Below, one piece after another: positions 1 to 11,933 of a stretch of DNA of 64,000 nucleotides. The notes beneath the pieces were generated by a model. That model made no database searches. It saw nothing but the letters and a program-made list of their open reading frames with translations, and was not told the DNA's origin. How positions within the stretch are numbered: the stretch's first letter is position 1; each line of letters begins with the position of its first letter. A program made the position numbers and the translations under genes. Origin of the DNA: Octopus vulgaris (taxonomy: Eukaryota); assembly GCA_951406725.2 (NCBI GenBank), contig OX597817.1, forward strand, positions 167,834,001 through 167,898,000, written 5' to 3'.

Positions 1-311
1 CATGGTTCAGGGTTCAGTCCCACTGCGTGGCATCTTGGGCAAGTGTCTTCTGCTATAGCCTCGGGCCGACCAATGCCTTGTGAGTGGATTTGGTAGATGG
101 AAACTGAAAGAAGCCCGTCGTATATATGTAGATATATATGTGTGTGTGTGTGTTTGTCCCCCTAGCATTGCTTGACAACCGATGCTGGTGTGTTTACGTC
201 CCCGTCACTTAGCGGTTCGGCAAAAGAGACCGATAGAATAAGTACTGGCGGTGCTCCAGCATGGCCGCAGTCAAATGACTGAAACAAGTAAAAGAGTGAA
301 AAAGAGAGTAA
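1..311 (+). mobile_element. SINE family A copy (tRNA-like head cut by window edge)
   Basis: B-box-like GGGTTCAGTCCC, CCTTGGGCAAGTG-type core, internal (TA)/(TG) run and GCTCCAGCATGGCCGCAGTCAAATGACTGAAAC tail, as in the other copies. Confidence 0.85.
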
Positions 312-322
312 TGTAAATAAAT

Positions 323-542
323 AAGGCGGCGAGCTGACAGAAGCATCGGCACGCCAGGCGAAATGCTTAGCGGTATTTCGTCTGAGTTCAAATTCCGCCA
401 AGGTCGACTTTGCCTTTCATCCTTTCAAGGTTGATAAATTAAGTACCAGTTACGCACTGGAGTCGATGTAATCGACTTAATTCCTTTGTCTGTCCTTGTT
501 TGTCCCCTCTATGTTTAGCCCCTTGTAGGCAATAAAGAAATA
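323..542 (+). mobile_element. SINE family B copy (others at ~7553-7782 +, 35418-35675 -, 50156-50388 -, 52477-52708 -, 60789-61021 +)
   Basis: Head GGCGGCGAGCTGGCAGAA with B box GAGTTCAAATTCC; body GTCGACTTTGCCTTTCATCCTTTCGGGGTCGATAAATTAAGTACCAG; A-rich tail; many near-identical copies. Confidence 0.85.
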
Positions 543-714
543 GCAATGTGAATAAATAAGCAATACATTTGACAAAGAAATCTGAATGCGAAATGTTTAA
601 AGAAGAGTTTCGTAATTGCCTCAGTCCATCTCTCTGTTCTGGCTAAACTCTGGACTATATGATAGCGATGGTGTGTGTACGATCTCACCATTAGTGAGAC
701 ACCTTACCAAGTCT

Positions 715-1193
715 TTAGCCCTTTCGTTACTGTATTTCTGTTGAGATGCCCTGTTTTTCTTTCAATTACTTTAAGTATAACAAAGAATTTAGTAAAATAA
801 CTTAGTTATCATTCAGCTAGTGTTAGGAACATAAATTGTGACTAAGGTTTCATGGAAGATTTTAATTCAAAACTTATGAAAACAAGACGTTTGTACTACA
901 GAGCCAGAGCCAGTTTTGGCCGGGTTGGTAACGAAAGGGTTAAGAATTGTTTCTCTATTATATATTTTAACCCTTTTGTTACCATATTCTGTTGAGATAC
1001 TCTGTGTTTCTTTCAATTACTTTAAATATAACAAAGAATTTAGTAAAGTAACTTAGTTATCATCAAGCTAGTGTTAGGAACATAAATTGTGACTAAGGTT
1101 TGATGGAAGATTTTAATTCAAAACTTATGAAAACAAGACATTTGTACTCAAACCCAGAGCCAGTTTCAGCTGGGTTGATAACGAAAGGGTTAA
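715..1193. mobile_element. piggyBac-type MITE family E, tandem dimer
   Basis: Two ~225-bp units with (TTAA)CCCTTT(C/T)GTTAC...TAACGAAAGGG(TTAA) termini separated by a short AT-rich spacer. Confidence 0.8.
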
Positions 1194-2332
1194 ATATAGT
1201 GATGACAATGTTGTCAGATGACCTAGCACAGTTGTGGAGTTGATTGTGGTATAGTGCCATTGTGGGTCATTGTGGCACAGCAGTGGATTGGAACATAGCC
1301 TGGTGTAGTAAGGGATATAGCACATAAGTGATGTGGGACCTCATACACTGCCTCTTTGGAACATAGCCTAGTGGTATTTAGGATATAAGTCAGTAATGAC
1401 ATCTTGTGGTATACAGTAATACAATAGCAGTGTAATATGATGTATAGTACAGTGATGATGTGATTTTAGTAGTATATTACACTACATACAGACCTATTTG
1501 CAATTTTTAGTTATATACAGGCTGGCCTGCTTAATATTTATTTACCAGAGCAGCTGTCTGGCTTCTGTGCCAGTGGCTCATCAAAAGCACCATTTGAGCG
1601 TGATCGTTACCAGTGTCGCCTTACTGGCACTTGTACCAGTGGCACATGAACAAAACATTCGAGCGAGGTCATTGCCACTGCCACTGGACTGACTCCTGTG
1701 CAGGTGGCATGTAAAAAAACACCATTTGGAGTGTGGCTGTTGCCATTACCGCCTGACTGGCGCTCGTGCAGGTGGTACATAAAAGCACCCACTACACTCT
1801 CAGAGTGGTTGGCATTAGGAAGGGCATCCAGCTGTAGAAACTCTGCCAGATCAAGATTGGAGCCTGGCGCAGCCATCTGGTTTGCCAGTCCTCAGTCAAA
1901 TTGTCCAACCCATGCTAGCATGGAAAGCAGACGTTAAACGATGATGAGGATAATGATGGTGATGCAATGAGTGAAAGAATGTCAGCCACTGTACCTGCTG
2001 GAACAACTTCAGAATAAATTCTATTCTGTAGTTATGGATGTGTGGTTAAGAAGTTTGCTTCCCATCCACGTGGTTTCAGGTTCAGTGCCACTGTGTGGCA
2101 CCTTGGGCAGGTGTTTCTGACTGTGACCCAGGACTAACCAAAAGCTTTGTGAGTGGATTTGGTAGGTGGAAACTGTAAAAAGCTCATCATCTGTATATAA
2201 ATATATATGCCTGTGTGTATATGAGTACCTCCTCATCTTGATATCACTTGATGGTAGTAAACAACACTGTGTTGAATGGTAGTGTGACACGTAGCAGGGT
2301 GATGGTTCTTCATAAATGGTCTGTTATATATA

Positions 2333-2832
2333 CCATAAATCCTCGAGTATAAACCGCATTTTTTCCCAAAATTTAAAGGTCAAAATCCCTAGTGCATACT
2401 ATATACGAGGTTAAAAATGAAAATTATTTTCTAAGCAATGTCCGAGTCTCGGACAATGTTTATTCAGACGCATTTTGTGATATCAGGCTTGAAAATACCT
2501 TCAGCTAAGCCTGAAAGCAATGAAGTCATAAAAGAATCATCCATAACTTGCAGTAAGCAACATTTATTAAACATTATTACTGTTATTTCTTTATTTTCTG
2601 CAAACAAAATGCACAAAAAAGCTACACGTTTGCATTATGTTATATGTACAATAATATTAAAGGATGTTACCGTCTACGTTTTTACAAACGAAGGACGTTA
2701 TATAGACCTCCTTGACTCAAGTTAGAGAAAGGGTGCATATTATACACAAGGTTTAGTTTTTTCAGAGATATAACCTCCTAAAAATCCACTGCGTATTATA
2801 CTCAAGAGCAGACTATACTCGAGGATTTACGG
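2333..2832. mobile_element. Non-autonomous DNA transposon (Tc1/mariner-pogo-like MITE)
   Basis: TIRs CCATAAATCCTCGAGTATA / TATACTCGAGGATTTACGG; TA on the left side; no ORF. Confidence 0.7.
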
Positions 2833-2898
2833 TCATCTATATTAGTATTGGTCTATTATTCAAGACAGTTTATTTTTTAACTGCTTTATTATTTACAG

Positions 2899-3019
2899 AA
2901 TTGTGTGGAACAAATTTTTGATGATCCTAATATTGTATTAGTCTCAAAGAGTACAACCTTTGCAGAGGAATTTATATTCAATATCCGTGAAATTCTTACC
3001 CAACTAGAATCAAAGATCG
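2899..3019 (+). CDS. WASHC4: WASHC4 exon (window exon 1): NCVEQIFDDPNIVLVSKSTTFAEEFIFNIREILTQLESKI(G)
   Basis: tttacag| acceptor, |gtaagt donor, 121 nt; VSK.STFAEEF-like motif. Confidence 0.92.
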
Positions 3020-3307
3020 GTAAGTATATATTTTTTCCTTAATATACTATTGTTGTTGTGATTAGTATTTTATATTTATGATGCTGGTACCATGTAAAAA
3101 GCACTGGTAAAAGTACTATTTATAAAGCAGAGATGATGGTACCCTATAAATAGCACCCAGTACACTCTGTAAAGTGGTTGGCATTAGGAATGGCATCCAG
3201 CTCTAGAAACAAAGTCAGTACAGACTATGGAACTTGGTGTGGCTCCTGACCTTACCAGCTCCTGTCAAACCATCCAACACATGCCAGCATGGAAAACGGA
3301 TGTTAAA

Positions 3308-3341
<34 letters not shown>

Positions 3342-3526
3342 GATGGTGATGATGATGATGATTTTGATGATGATGATGATGATGATGATGTTGGTTTTGT
3401 TGAGGGTGTTGTTGCTATCATTGTGTAGTCTAGACTTGCCTCTCATTGGACAAGCCTATTGCACACAGTTAGTTGACCAGGTGATTAGGTGCAACACATA
3501 GAGCTATTGTTTCATATTATTTTTTA

Positions 3527-3818
3527 TTCATGCACCCTTTTTCAAGCCTAGCCAGGCTCATGGGCCCGGTTTCCCGGTTTCTATGGCATATGTGCTCCCC
3601 CCCCCCCCAACTGGATGGGATGCCAGTCCATCGCAGCATTACTCAAGAAACAGGAAGAGAGAGTGAGAGAAAGTTGGGGCGAAAGAGTGCAACAGGGGTT
3701 GCCACCACCCACTGCCGGAGCCTCATGGAGCTTTAGGTGTTTTCGTTCAATAAACACACTCCACGATCCTCCGATCATGAGTCCGCTGCCCTAACCACTG
3801 GGCCATTGCACCTCCACA
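3527..3818 (-). mobile_element. tRNA-headed SINE family F (related copies ~6380-6688 -, 31050-31350 -, 61822-62195 +)
   Basis: Reverse-strand head GTGGAGGTGCAATGGCCCAGTGGTTAGGGCAGCGGACTC; other copies keep the B box GGTTTCGATTCC. Confidence 0.75.
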
Positions 3819-3962
3819 TCATTGTTTCATATATATATATATATATTATATTAAATTAGAGATAAAACCACTATTAGGCAAATCAAACAATGAAAGACTT
3901 AAGCCAATACATGAAATTAATTAATTTATATCATTTTAAATATATATCAAAAGTATTAGAAG

Positions 3963-3994
<32 letters not shown>

Positions 3995-4124
3995 GGTCCC
4001 GGGTTGAGTCGGGGTTAACCACAGTAAATAAGGTACTCAATACATTGCAGAGTAAATTAATTTATTTTATAGAAGGAGCTTCTACAGGACTAGTACTGTT
4101 TCATTTAAATGAAATCATCAGGAA

Positions 4125-4173
4125 GCTTCCTGATGATTTCTTTTGAATGAAACAGTACTAGTCCTGTAGAAGC
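4125..4173 (+). ncRNA. Type I hammerhead-ribozyme-like motif (mirror copy on - strand at 4078-4126)
   Basis: GCTTC-CTGATGA-[tTTC tttt GAAt]-GAAACAG-tactagtc-CTGTA^GAAGC. Stems I and III pair perfectly; stem II is closed by a U-U mismatch. Folded by eye. Confidence 0.6.
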
Positions 4174-4187
4174 TCCTTCTATAAAAT

Positions 4188-4218
<31 letters not shown>

Positions 4219-4557
4219 TATATGTATGTATATACCATGCTTCTGTCTGGGTGAGTACCATTCTGCACACTCTTATCTGTTGTGGATACTTGTAAGGCAT
4301 CATACACTTTTGCAATTTAGACATGTTTCTCTATCCTCTAACCATTTCGTGGAGCACACAGTGGAGGCATTTAGCTCCAGGTCAATCCCAATTAAACAAA
4401 CTTATGATCAAAGCACTCCATCCATAGAAACCCAGGGATTTTACCTGTATGCAGATAACCCAGACTACATTATCCAATGTATTTTTTTTAAGACTCTTAA
4501 GTATGAAATATTGAATTTCTAAATCTCTCGTAGAGACATGTACGGTGGTGGGGCGAT

Positions 4558-4962
4558 AGAATGGTTGTATACTGTCAATCTAACAAGAACGTGACAGTAG
4601 GGGGTACACCACCGCTGTATAGCCCTAGGAAGCATCGAACACCTCCTGATAGCTTTGACACATTTTGTCCCTGTGTCCTTATATACATATACGAAGGGGA
4701 GACAAAAGTCGAGGCAAATATCACCAGCTGACCAGTGTCTGCTACTCTAGGCCGATGAAGGACAATGATCCTGAAACACGTGCCCCTAGATGCAGTTCCG
4801 GCGGCCGGGGGTGTTTGTCTCCCCTTCGTATATGTATATAAGGACACAGGGAAAAAATGTGTCAAAGCTATCAGGAGGCGTTCGATGCTTCCTAGGGCTA
4901 TACAGCGGTGGTGTACCCCCTACTGTCACGTTCTTGTTAGATTGACAGTATACAACCATTCT
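4558..4962. repeat. Fold-back element: 149-bp near-perfect inverted arms (4558-4706 / 4814-4962)
   Basis: Arms compared directly; 12-bp direct repeat TCTTAAGTATGA at 4495-4506 and 4960-4971. Confidence 0.9.
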
Positions 4963-5700
4963 TAAGTATGATTTGAAAGAAATTTGGCTGATATTTCCAG
5001 CAGTTCAATCAACTGCATAGATGTTACCCTTCTTGGCTCTGTGTTGTAGTTGTGATATTTGTTGGATGATTATACATGTAGTAGCAGAGATTGTGGTAGA
5101 TGGAGTTTGCTAGTGTTGCAAACTGTGACCTCTCACATATCCAAGTGGTCTTTGAGAGGTACTCCAGGTGGTACTGCTGCTTCTCTAACTTGAGAGATCA
5201 CGGCTCTGATAGTAGAGAAGGAGACAACTTTATGCTTTGAGGTGAGGGGGTTAAAGTAAGAGAAAAGGGTACAGAACAGAACCAAGTTTTTTACTGCAAG
5301 GGAGCTACACAACTATATGGGCAGTATATTGAGATCTTTTTGAAGCTAGTAGGGTATAATTAGAGTGAGATTAGGCTGCTATTTCTAGCATGTCAAATGA
5401 TTACATAAAGCAGGTGTGGGCAACCTTTCGCAAGATACAGACCACATGAGACTGGGTTCATTATCAGGTGAGCCACACTTACTAATGCAATTAAAGGTAA
5501 TTTTTCTGTCAAGTGTGACACTCAGAAAGTCCTGCAGGCTGCAGTTTTGCCCATGACTGCCATACTGAGTTTCTCTCAGCCTGCATACAAACTTCATTGG
5601 TTCTGGTGGTTGTGGTAGAGAAGATTTGTGGTGATGGCAATGATAGTTTTGTTGTTGTTGTTGTTGCTGCTGCTTCAGTAAACGATTAATGTTTTTTCAG

Positions 5701-5828
5701 GTGATGTAAAGGAGATGGACCAGCGACATAAATATGTTGGATTATGTGGGCTTTACGTTCTCTACACTCAGATATTTCGTGTGGTTGACAAGAAACTTTT
5801 TAAAGCAGTTTGGGACGTTTACAAAAAG
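5701..5828 (+). CDS. WASHC4: WASHC4 exon 2: (G)DVKEMDQRHKYVGLCGLYVLYTQIFRVVDKKLFKAVWDVYKK
   Basis: ttttttcag| and |gtaaat; 128 nt; phase fits both neighbours; DQR.KYVG.CGL motif. Confidence 0.94.
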
Positions 5829-6031
5829 GTAAATTTTCCATAACTTTTGTTTTTGTTTTTCGTTTTTGCTGTTGAAACAAACAGGCATAGGCATAGCAGT
5901 GTGTTTAAGAAGCTGGTTTGGGGTTCAGTCCCACTCTAAGACACCTTAGATAAATGTCTTCTACTATAGCCTTAGGCTGACCAGTACCTTGTGGAAGAAT
6001 ATGGTAGATAGGAGTTGTGTGGAAGGCCATA

Positions 6032-6081
<50 letters not shown>

Positions 6082-7018
6082 TCATAAACTACATGTGATC
6101 TATAGTCCAGCGCCCTTACCTCATTTTCTTTGTTGTTTTTTGTTAACCTTTCTTTTATTTAACTGTTCTGTTAACTAATCATAGCAATCCCTAATCCACC
6201 CACACAACAAAATCCACACAATTTCTACAATGTACCATGTTCTAAATCTCATTTTGTTGCCATGATATAGCCAGTTATAAATGACAAGACTTACCACAAG
6301 AGTCCTCAACTGAAACACATCTTGTTATGTATCCTATACTAAGCCTCACGCAGTTACCAAAATATTTTTTATTTATTTATTTATGCGCCCTTTTGAAGCC
6401 TAGCCAGGGTCATGGGCCCAGTTTCCCGGTTTCTATGGCGTATGTGTTCTCCCCAGCTGGACGGGACGCCAGTCCATCGCAGCGTTACTCAAGAAACAGG
6501 AAGAAAAAGTGAGAGAAAGTTGGGGCAAAAGAGTACAACAGGACTCGCCACCACCCTGTCGGAGCCTCATGGGTCTTTAGGTATTTTTGTTCAATAAACA
6601 CACACAACACCTGGTCTGGGAATTGAAACCGCGATCTTCCGACTGCGAGTCCACTGCCCTAACCACTGAGCCATTGCGCCTCCACTACCAAAATATACCC
6701 TATACTAAAACCCATGAAGGTACCATTATATACCTGAACCAAAACCCCACAAACTACCACAATATACCTTGTCCTAGACTCTCCATATATACACAGTTAC
6801 CAAAATAATCCTTGCACTAAACCCTACTCTCATTAAACCCCAGACAGTCACCACAATATACTATGTACTAAACTCCAACAGTTATCACAATATACCCTGT
6901 ACTAAGCCCCTACACAGCTAACACAATCTTTTGAACTAGGAACACTCTAACCAGCCACAACAAAAGGCTCCATCCCTCCTCTTTACACTAACATCTCTCT
7001 GCTGTCTTAATCATGCAG

Positions 7019-7179
7019 GTACCTGCTGTACACCTTGTTGGCAATGTAGTGTGGATCCCCAGTGACTTCCTGTTAAACAATATCCCAGACACTGCACAGG
7101 CTATTGACAAGAAAGCTCTATTAGTGGTACGAGGTCATTGCTCCACTTGGCTGCAACAAAAGAACCAGATCCTCACCAG
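7019..7179 (+). CDS. WASHC4: WASHC4 exon 3: VPAVHLVGNVVWIPSDFLLNNIPDTAQAIDKKALLVVRGHCSTWLQQKNQILT(R)
   Basis: catgcag| and |gtaaca; 161 nt; in frame. Confidence 0.93.
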
Positions 7180-8779
7180 GTAACATAACAATTACTTCCT
7201 TCTTTGTTCTAACTCACCTTCTGTTTCTTTGATCAAGTGCAATTGCTAAATGAACTATACACTAATAATTCACTCCTATTTCATTTATACTTTACCTGTA
7301 GTGAACAGGTGATAGATTTTAATGACAATGCCTATGTGCAGTTGCTGCACTTCTACTGTACTTACACTGTAAATTCCACCAAACATCTATTGTACATGCT
7401 GTTGATGCACTGATAGTGCACATTTCATGTACTAATAATGTACAGTTACTGCATTTCTATTTCTGCCTTTCTATCTAACTGTGCATAAAAGCACATATAC
7501 TTGTATGTTTTTTTCACACTGGAAACTTACATATATCTATGTGTCTGTATGTATGGCGAGCTAGCAGAAATGTTAACACGCTGGACGAAATGCTTAGCGG
7601 TATTTCGTCTGCCGTTACGTTCTGAGTTCAAATTCCACCGAGGTCGACTTTGCCTTTCATCCTTTCGGGGTCGATAAATTAAGTACCAGTTACGCACTGG
7701 AGGCGATGTAATTGACTTAATCCGTTTGTCTGTCCTTTTTTGTCCTCTCTGTGTTTAGCCCCTTGTGGGTAGTAAAGAAATAGAAATTGAGTAACAATTT
7801 TCACTACTGCAAACCCATCCAACCCATGGTAGCATATTAAAACAATGAAAATTTAAATGGTTTTTAATGATGAACATTGAAGTAGGTAACCAGCTCTCTG
7901 CTGGTTATGATGACAGGTGTTCCAGTTGATCCGATCAACAGAACAGCCTGCTCAGGAAATTAATATGCAAGTGGCTGAGCACTCCACAGATGTGTACCCT
8001 TAACATAGTTCTTAAGGAGATTCAGCATGACACCAAATGTGACAAAGCTGGCCCTTTGAAATATAGTTACAATTCATTTTTGCCAGCTGAATGAATTGGA
8101 ACAACATGAAGTAATGTGTCTTGCTTAAGGACATGATGTGCCACCCAGAATCAAATCCATGGCTTTATGGTCATGAGCTAAATATTCCTAACAACTAAAC
8201 TACACACTTTCACTTGAAGTAGATAAGGCTATAAATAATAGCATGTGGAATATTGGGTTTTAAAAAATCCTAGATACAAAAATGTCAAAGGCTGTCTGTG
8301 GGACTCAAACCTACACCTATGAACATTATAATAGTTTCACATCTGGCATATTTACAGAAGATGTGAGTTCAAGTCCCAGAGACAGTCTTCAACTTTTTTT
8401 CTATCCAAAGGGTTTTTTAACCCAACATCTTACATGCTGCTATTTATAGCTTGATCTACTTTGAGTTCCACTATTAAAAACTGTTTATTTTATCTCTTGA
8501 AGTTTTAAACTTCTTATGTCATAAACAGATTTTGGATCATAATCTCTAGGAATTCTAACAGCCCTTAGCATGGATTCAGGTTTGATGTCATAAACTTAAA
8601 GATAACTCAATATTACTTATTAATTTCAGGTTTTCTTTTAAAATGTGTCTATGCATGTTTGCATGCATTTAAAATTTATGTTTAATGAAATACAAAGTTT
8701 CAATTGATTGAATCGACTTCTTTAGTCCCTGAGCCTTTAATCCAAGAAAGAGCAATCTTTGTCTAGCTGATTCAGGTCG

Positions 8780-9411
8780 TTTGAAGTTTGAATTCCGCTG
8801 AGGTTGACTTTGCCTTTCATCCTTTTCGGGGTTGATAAATTAAGTACCAGTTACGCACAGGGGTTGATGTATTCGACTTAATCCCTTTGTCTGTCCTTGT
8901 TTGTCCCCTCTATGTTTAGCCCCTTGTGGGCAATATAGAAATAAGGTGGCGAGCTGGCAGAAATGTTAGCATGCCAGGCGGAATGCTTAGCCGTATTTCG
9001 TCTGCCGTTATGTTCTGCGTTCAAATTCCACCGAGGTCGACTTTGCCTTTCATCATTTACAGGGTTGATAAATTAAGTACCAGTTACGCACAGGGGTCGA
9101 TGTATTCGACTTAATCCCTTTGTCTGTCCTTGTTTGTCCCCTCTATGTTTAGCCTCTTGCGGGCAATATAGAAATAAGGTGGCGAGCTGGCAGAAACGTT
9201 AGCATGCCAGGCGGAATGCTTAGCAGTATTTCGTCTGCCGTTACGTTCTGAGTTCAAATTCCACCGAGGTCGACTTTGCCTTTCATCATTTACAGGGTTG
9301 ATAAATTAAGTACCAGTTACGCACAGGGGTCGATGTAATCGACTTAATCCCTTTGTCTGTCCTTGTTTGTCCCCTCTATATTTAGCTCCTTGTGGGCAAT
9401 AAAGAAATAAG
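8780..9411 (+). mobile_element. SINE family B, three head-to-tail copies (first one 5'-truncated)
   Basis: Three repeats of the family B body and tail. Confidence 0.85.
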
Positions 9412-9752
9412 AAACTGAATCAAGATCATCACTCGTAGGTCATGTAATGAAAGTGACCATTTTTAAGTTCAAAGAAAACATTGAATCAATTGAAACATTT
9501 CATTCTTTGTCACACCAAAACCATTGCAAAGTTCATGTAATTCTATTTTGATTCTATTTGGTTTTTTTTGTTTTATTTCTTTTTATCTTACCATAGGAAG
9601 AGGTCAGTACACAATTTTTGCTCTCTTTGTCTTTCCATACTTTAACTGTCTGTCTTTCTTGTTGACAAATACACACCTCAATAAACACTCTCTAGCAACC
9701 CATTACTGTATGGTATCCCTCAAAACAGAATAGTCTGAAAATTATATACATG

Positions 9753-10340
9753 TCATCATCATCATCATCATCATCGTTTAGCGTCCGTTTTCCATGCTAG
9801 CATGGGTTGGACGGTTCAACTGGGGTCTGTGAAGCCGGAAGGCTTCATCAGGCCCAGTCAGATCTGGCAGTGTTTCTACGGCTGGATTCTCTTCCTAACG
9901 CCAACCACTCTGTGAGTGTAGTGGATGCTTTTTACGTGCCACCCGCACAGGTGCCAGACAAAGCTGGCAAACGTCCACGAATAGATGGTGCTTTTTATGT
10001 GCCACTGGCACGGGGGCCAGGCGAGGCTGGCAACAGCCACAAACGGATGGTGGTTTTTACGTGCCACCGGCACGAGGCCAGTCGGAGCGGCGCTGGCAAC
10101 GGTCACAAACGGATGGTTCTCTTACATGCCACCGGCACTGGTAACACATCTGCAATTTCCATTGATCGATTTCGATTCTGATCCTCACTTGCCTCAACAG
10201 GTCTTCACAAGTAGAGTTTTGTGTCCCAAGAAGGGAAGGTATGCATACGTAGGCTGGCTCCATCCCATGTAGAAGGCCACGGGTTATGGTCCCACTTGTC
10301 CTGCCGGGTCTTCTCGCGCACAGCACACTTCCAGAGGTCT
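9753..10340 (-). mobile_element. Family C: 3' end of an RTE-clade LINE (ORF C-terminus + long 3' UTR + (GAT)n tail); >20 truncated copies in the window
   Basis: Minus strand starts EEMTRDRDLWKCAVREKTRQ, then hairpin-unit repeats, GGTTGGCGTTAGGAAG(G/A)(G/A)CATCCAGC core and (GAT)n. Other copies at ~1545-1965, 10531-10970, 12072-12388, 13035-13790, 17405-17745, 20975-21410, 26205-26585, 30477-30875, 36662-37310, 39559-39950, 40420-41030, 41367-41693, 41845-42170, 49418-49960, 52900-53315, 56900-57197, 59015-59442, 60261-60413. Confidence 0.75.
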
Positions 10341-11219
10341 CGGTCTCTAGTCATTTCCTCAGAGTATTTATATCAATTTGGAATACGCTTCATATATTAT
10401 TAACTTTTCAGATGTCCAAATCACTCTACAATCATCCTTCTATGACTTTCTCGTTGTTACTTTATTTTTCTCATTATTGAATTGTAAACAGAAAATCCAT
10501 CTTTTTTGCATTAATGGGTAAAGACTGAAACATCACCATCATCGTTTAACGTCCATTCTCCATGCTAGCATGGGTTGGACGGTTCGACCGGGGATCTGGG
10601 AAGCCAGAAGGCTGCACCAGGCTCCGGTCTTATCTGGCAATGTTTCTACAGCTGGATGCCCTTCCTAACGCCAACCACTCCGTGAGTGTAGTGGGTGCTT
10701 TTTACGTGCCACCTGCACTGGTGCCAGGTGAGGCTGGCATCGGCCACAATCGGATTGGTGCATTTTATGTGCCACCTGCACGGAAGCCAGTTGATGCGGC
10801 ACTGGCTTCGGCCACGATTCGGATGGTGCTATTTACGTGCCACCGACACGGAAGCCAGTCCAGGCAGCGCTGGCATCGGCCACGATTCGGATAGTGCTTT
10901 TTACGTATCTCCAGTCCAGGGGTCCTGGCATCTGCTGGGTGCCAGTCATAGGATTGGTTCAATTTCGAATTACATAAACTGAGATTTTTTCCAAATACAC
11001 TTTGACCATTAGTTACAACTGAAATTAGGGAGGCAACAAAACATCTTGGTCCTTTTATTGATTTTAGGAATACTCTGTGTGTGTGTGTGTGTGAAAGAGA
11101 GAGAGAGAGAGAGATCATAAAGGAAAGGACTTGAAATTCAGGCAGCACTCTGATACTATTCAGTTCTGGCTAACCACTTTGGATGGCAGGGAACGTTCAG
11201 AATTGCTTAAGAAAGATAA

Positions 11220-11673
11220 TTAACCCTTTCGTTACTGTATATATTTTGAGATGCTCTGTGTTTCTTTCAATCAATTTTAACCCTTCAGCATTTAAACCGG
11301 CCATATCCGGCCAAAAGTATTCTACCTGTTTTATGTTCAAACTGGCCAGATCTGGTCTCTCACACCAGCCCTACAATATCGTTTTAAAAATTAACAGCTA
11401 CCTCATCAAAATCTCAAAGCTACAAGATAATGCCCGATTAGTTCAAGGCAATGTGGATAAAAAAGGATTAATTTTGGCAGAATAATGCAAACACTAAAGG
11501 GTTAAATATAACAAAGAATTTAGTAAAATAACTTAGTTATCATTAAGCTAGTTTTAGGAACATAAATTGTAACTAAAGTTTGGTGGAAGATTTTAATTCA
11601 AAACTTATGAAAACAAGACATTTATACTCAGAGCTAGAACCGATTTCAGCCGGGTTGGTAACGAAAGGGTTAA
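11220..11673. mobile_element. piggyBac-type MITE E with MITE D (11277-11505) nested at an internal TTAA
   Basis: Outer CCCTTTCGTTAC/GTAACGAAAGGG termini; inner TTAACCCTTCAG...CTAAAGGGTTAA; the E sequence resumes after the insert. Confidence 0.8.
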
Positions 11674-11861
11674 GAAAGACAATTAAACTGTACTTCACTC
11701 GATAGGTAAATCCTGAGTTCATTTCATTGGATTTCATGCAGCATACAAAGTAACTAATCAAGAATCATCATAAAGAATGCAGAATTATACATTCTATTAC
11801 TCTTTTATTTGTTTCAGTCATTTGACTATGGCCATGTTGGAGCACCTCCTTGAAATTAATG

Positions 11862-11933
11862 TTCCCTTGCCAGGAGTCAAACCTAGGCCGCCTGGGTGAA
11901 AGCCAGGAATCCTAACTACTAGACCACATGGGA
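11862..11933 (-). pseudogene. tRNA-Glu(TTC) pseudogene
   Basis: Reverse complement TCCCATGTGGTCTAGTAGTTAGGATTCCTGGCTTTCACCCAGGCGGCCTAGGTTTGACTCCTGGCAAGGGAA matches eukaryotic tRNA-Glu-TTC, with substitutions in the D-loop GG, T-loop TTCG and stems. Confidence 0.85.

Noticed and set aside
5411-5558. Possible hAT MITE (CAGGTGTGGGCAAC … TTTGCCCATGACTG)
   Set aside because: The TIR match is imperfect, there is no 8-bp TSD, and it is single-copy in the window.
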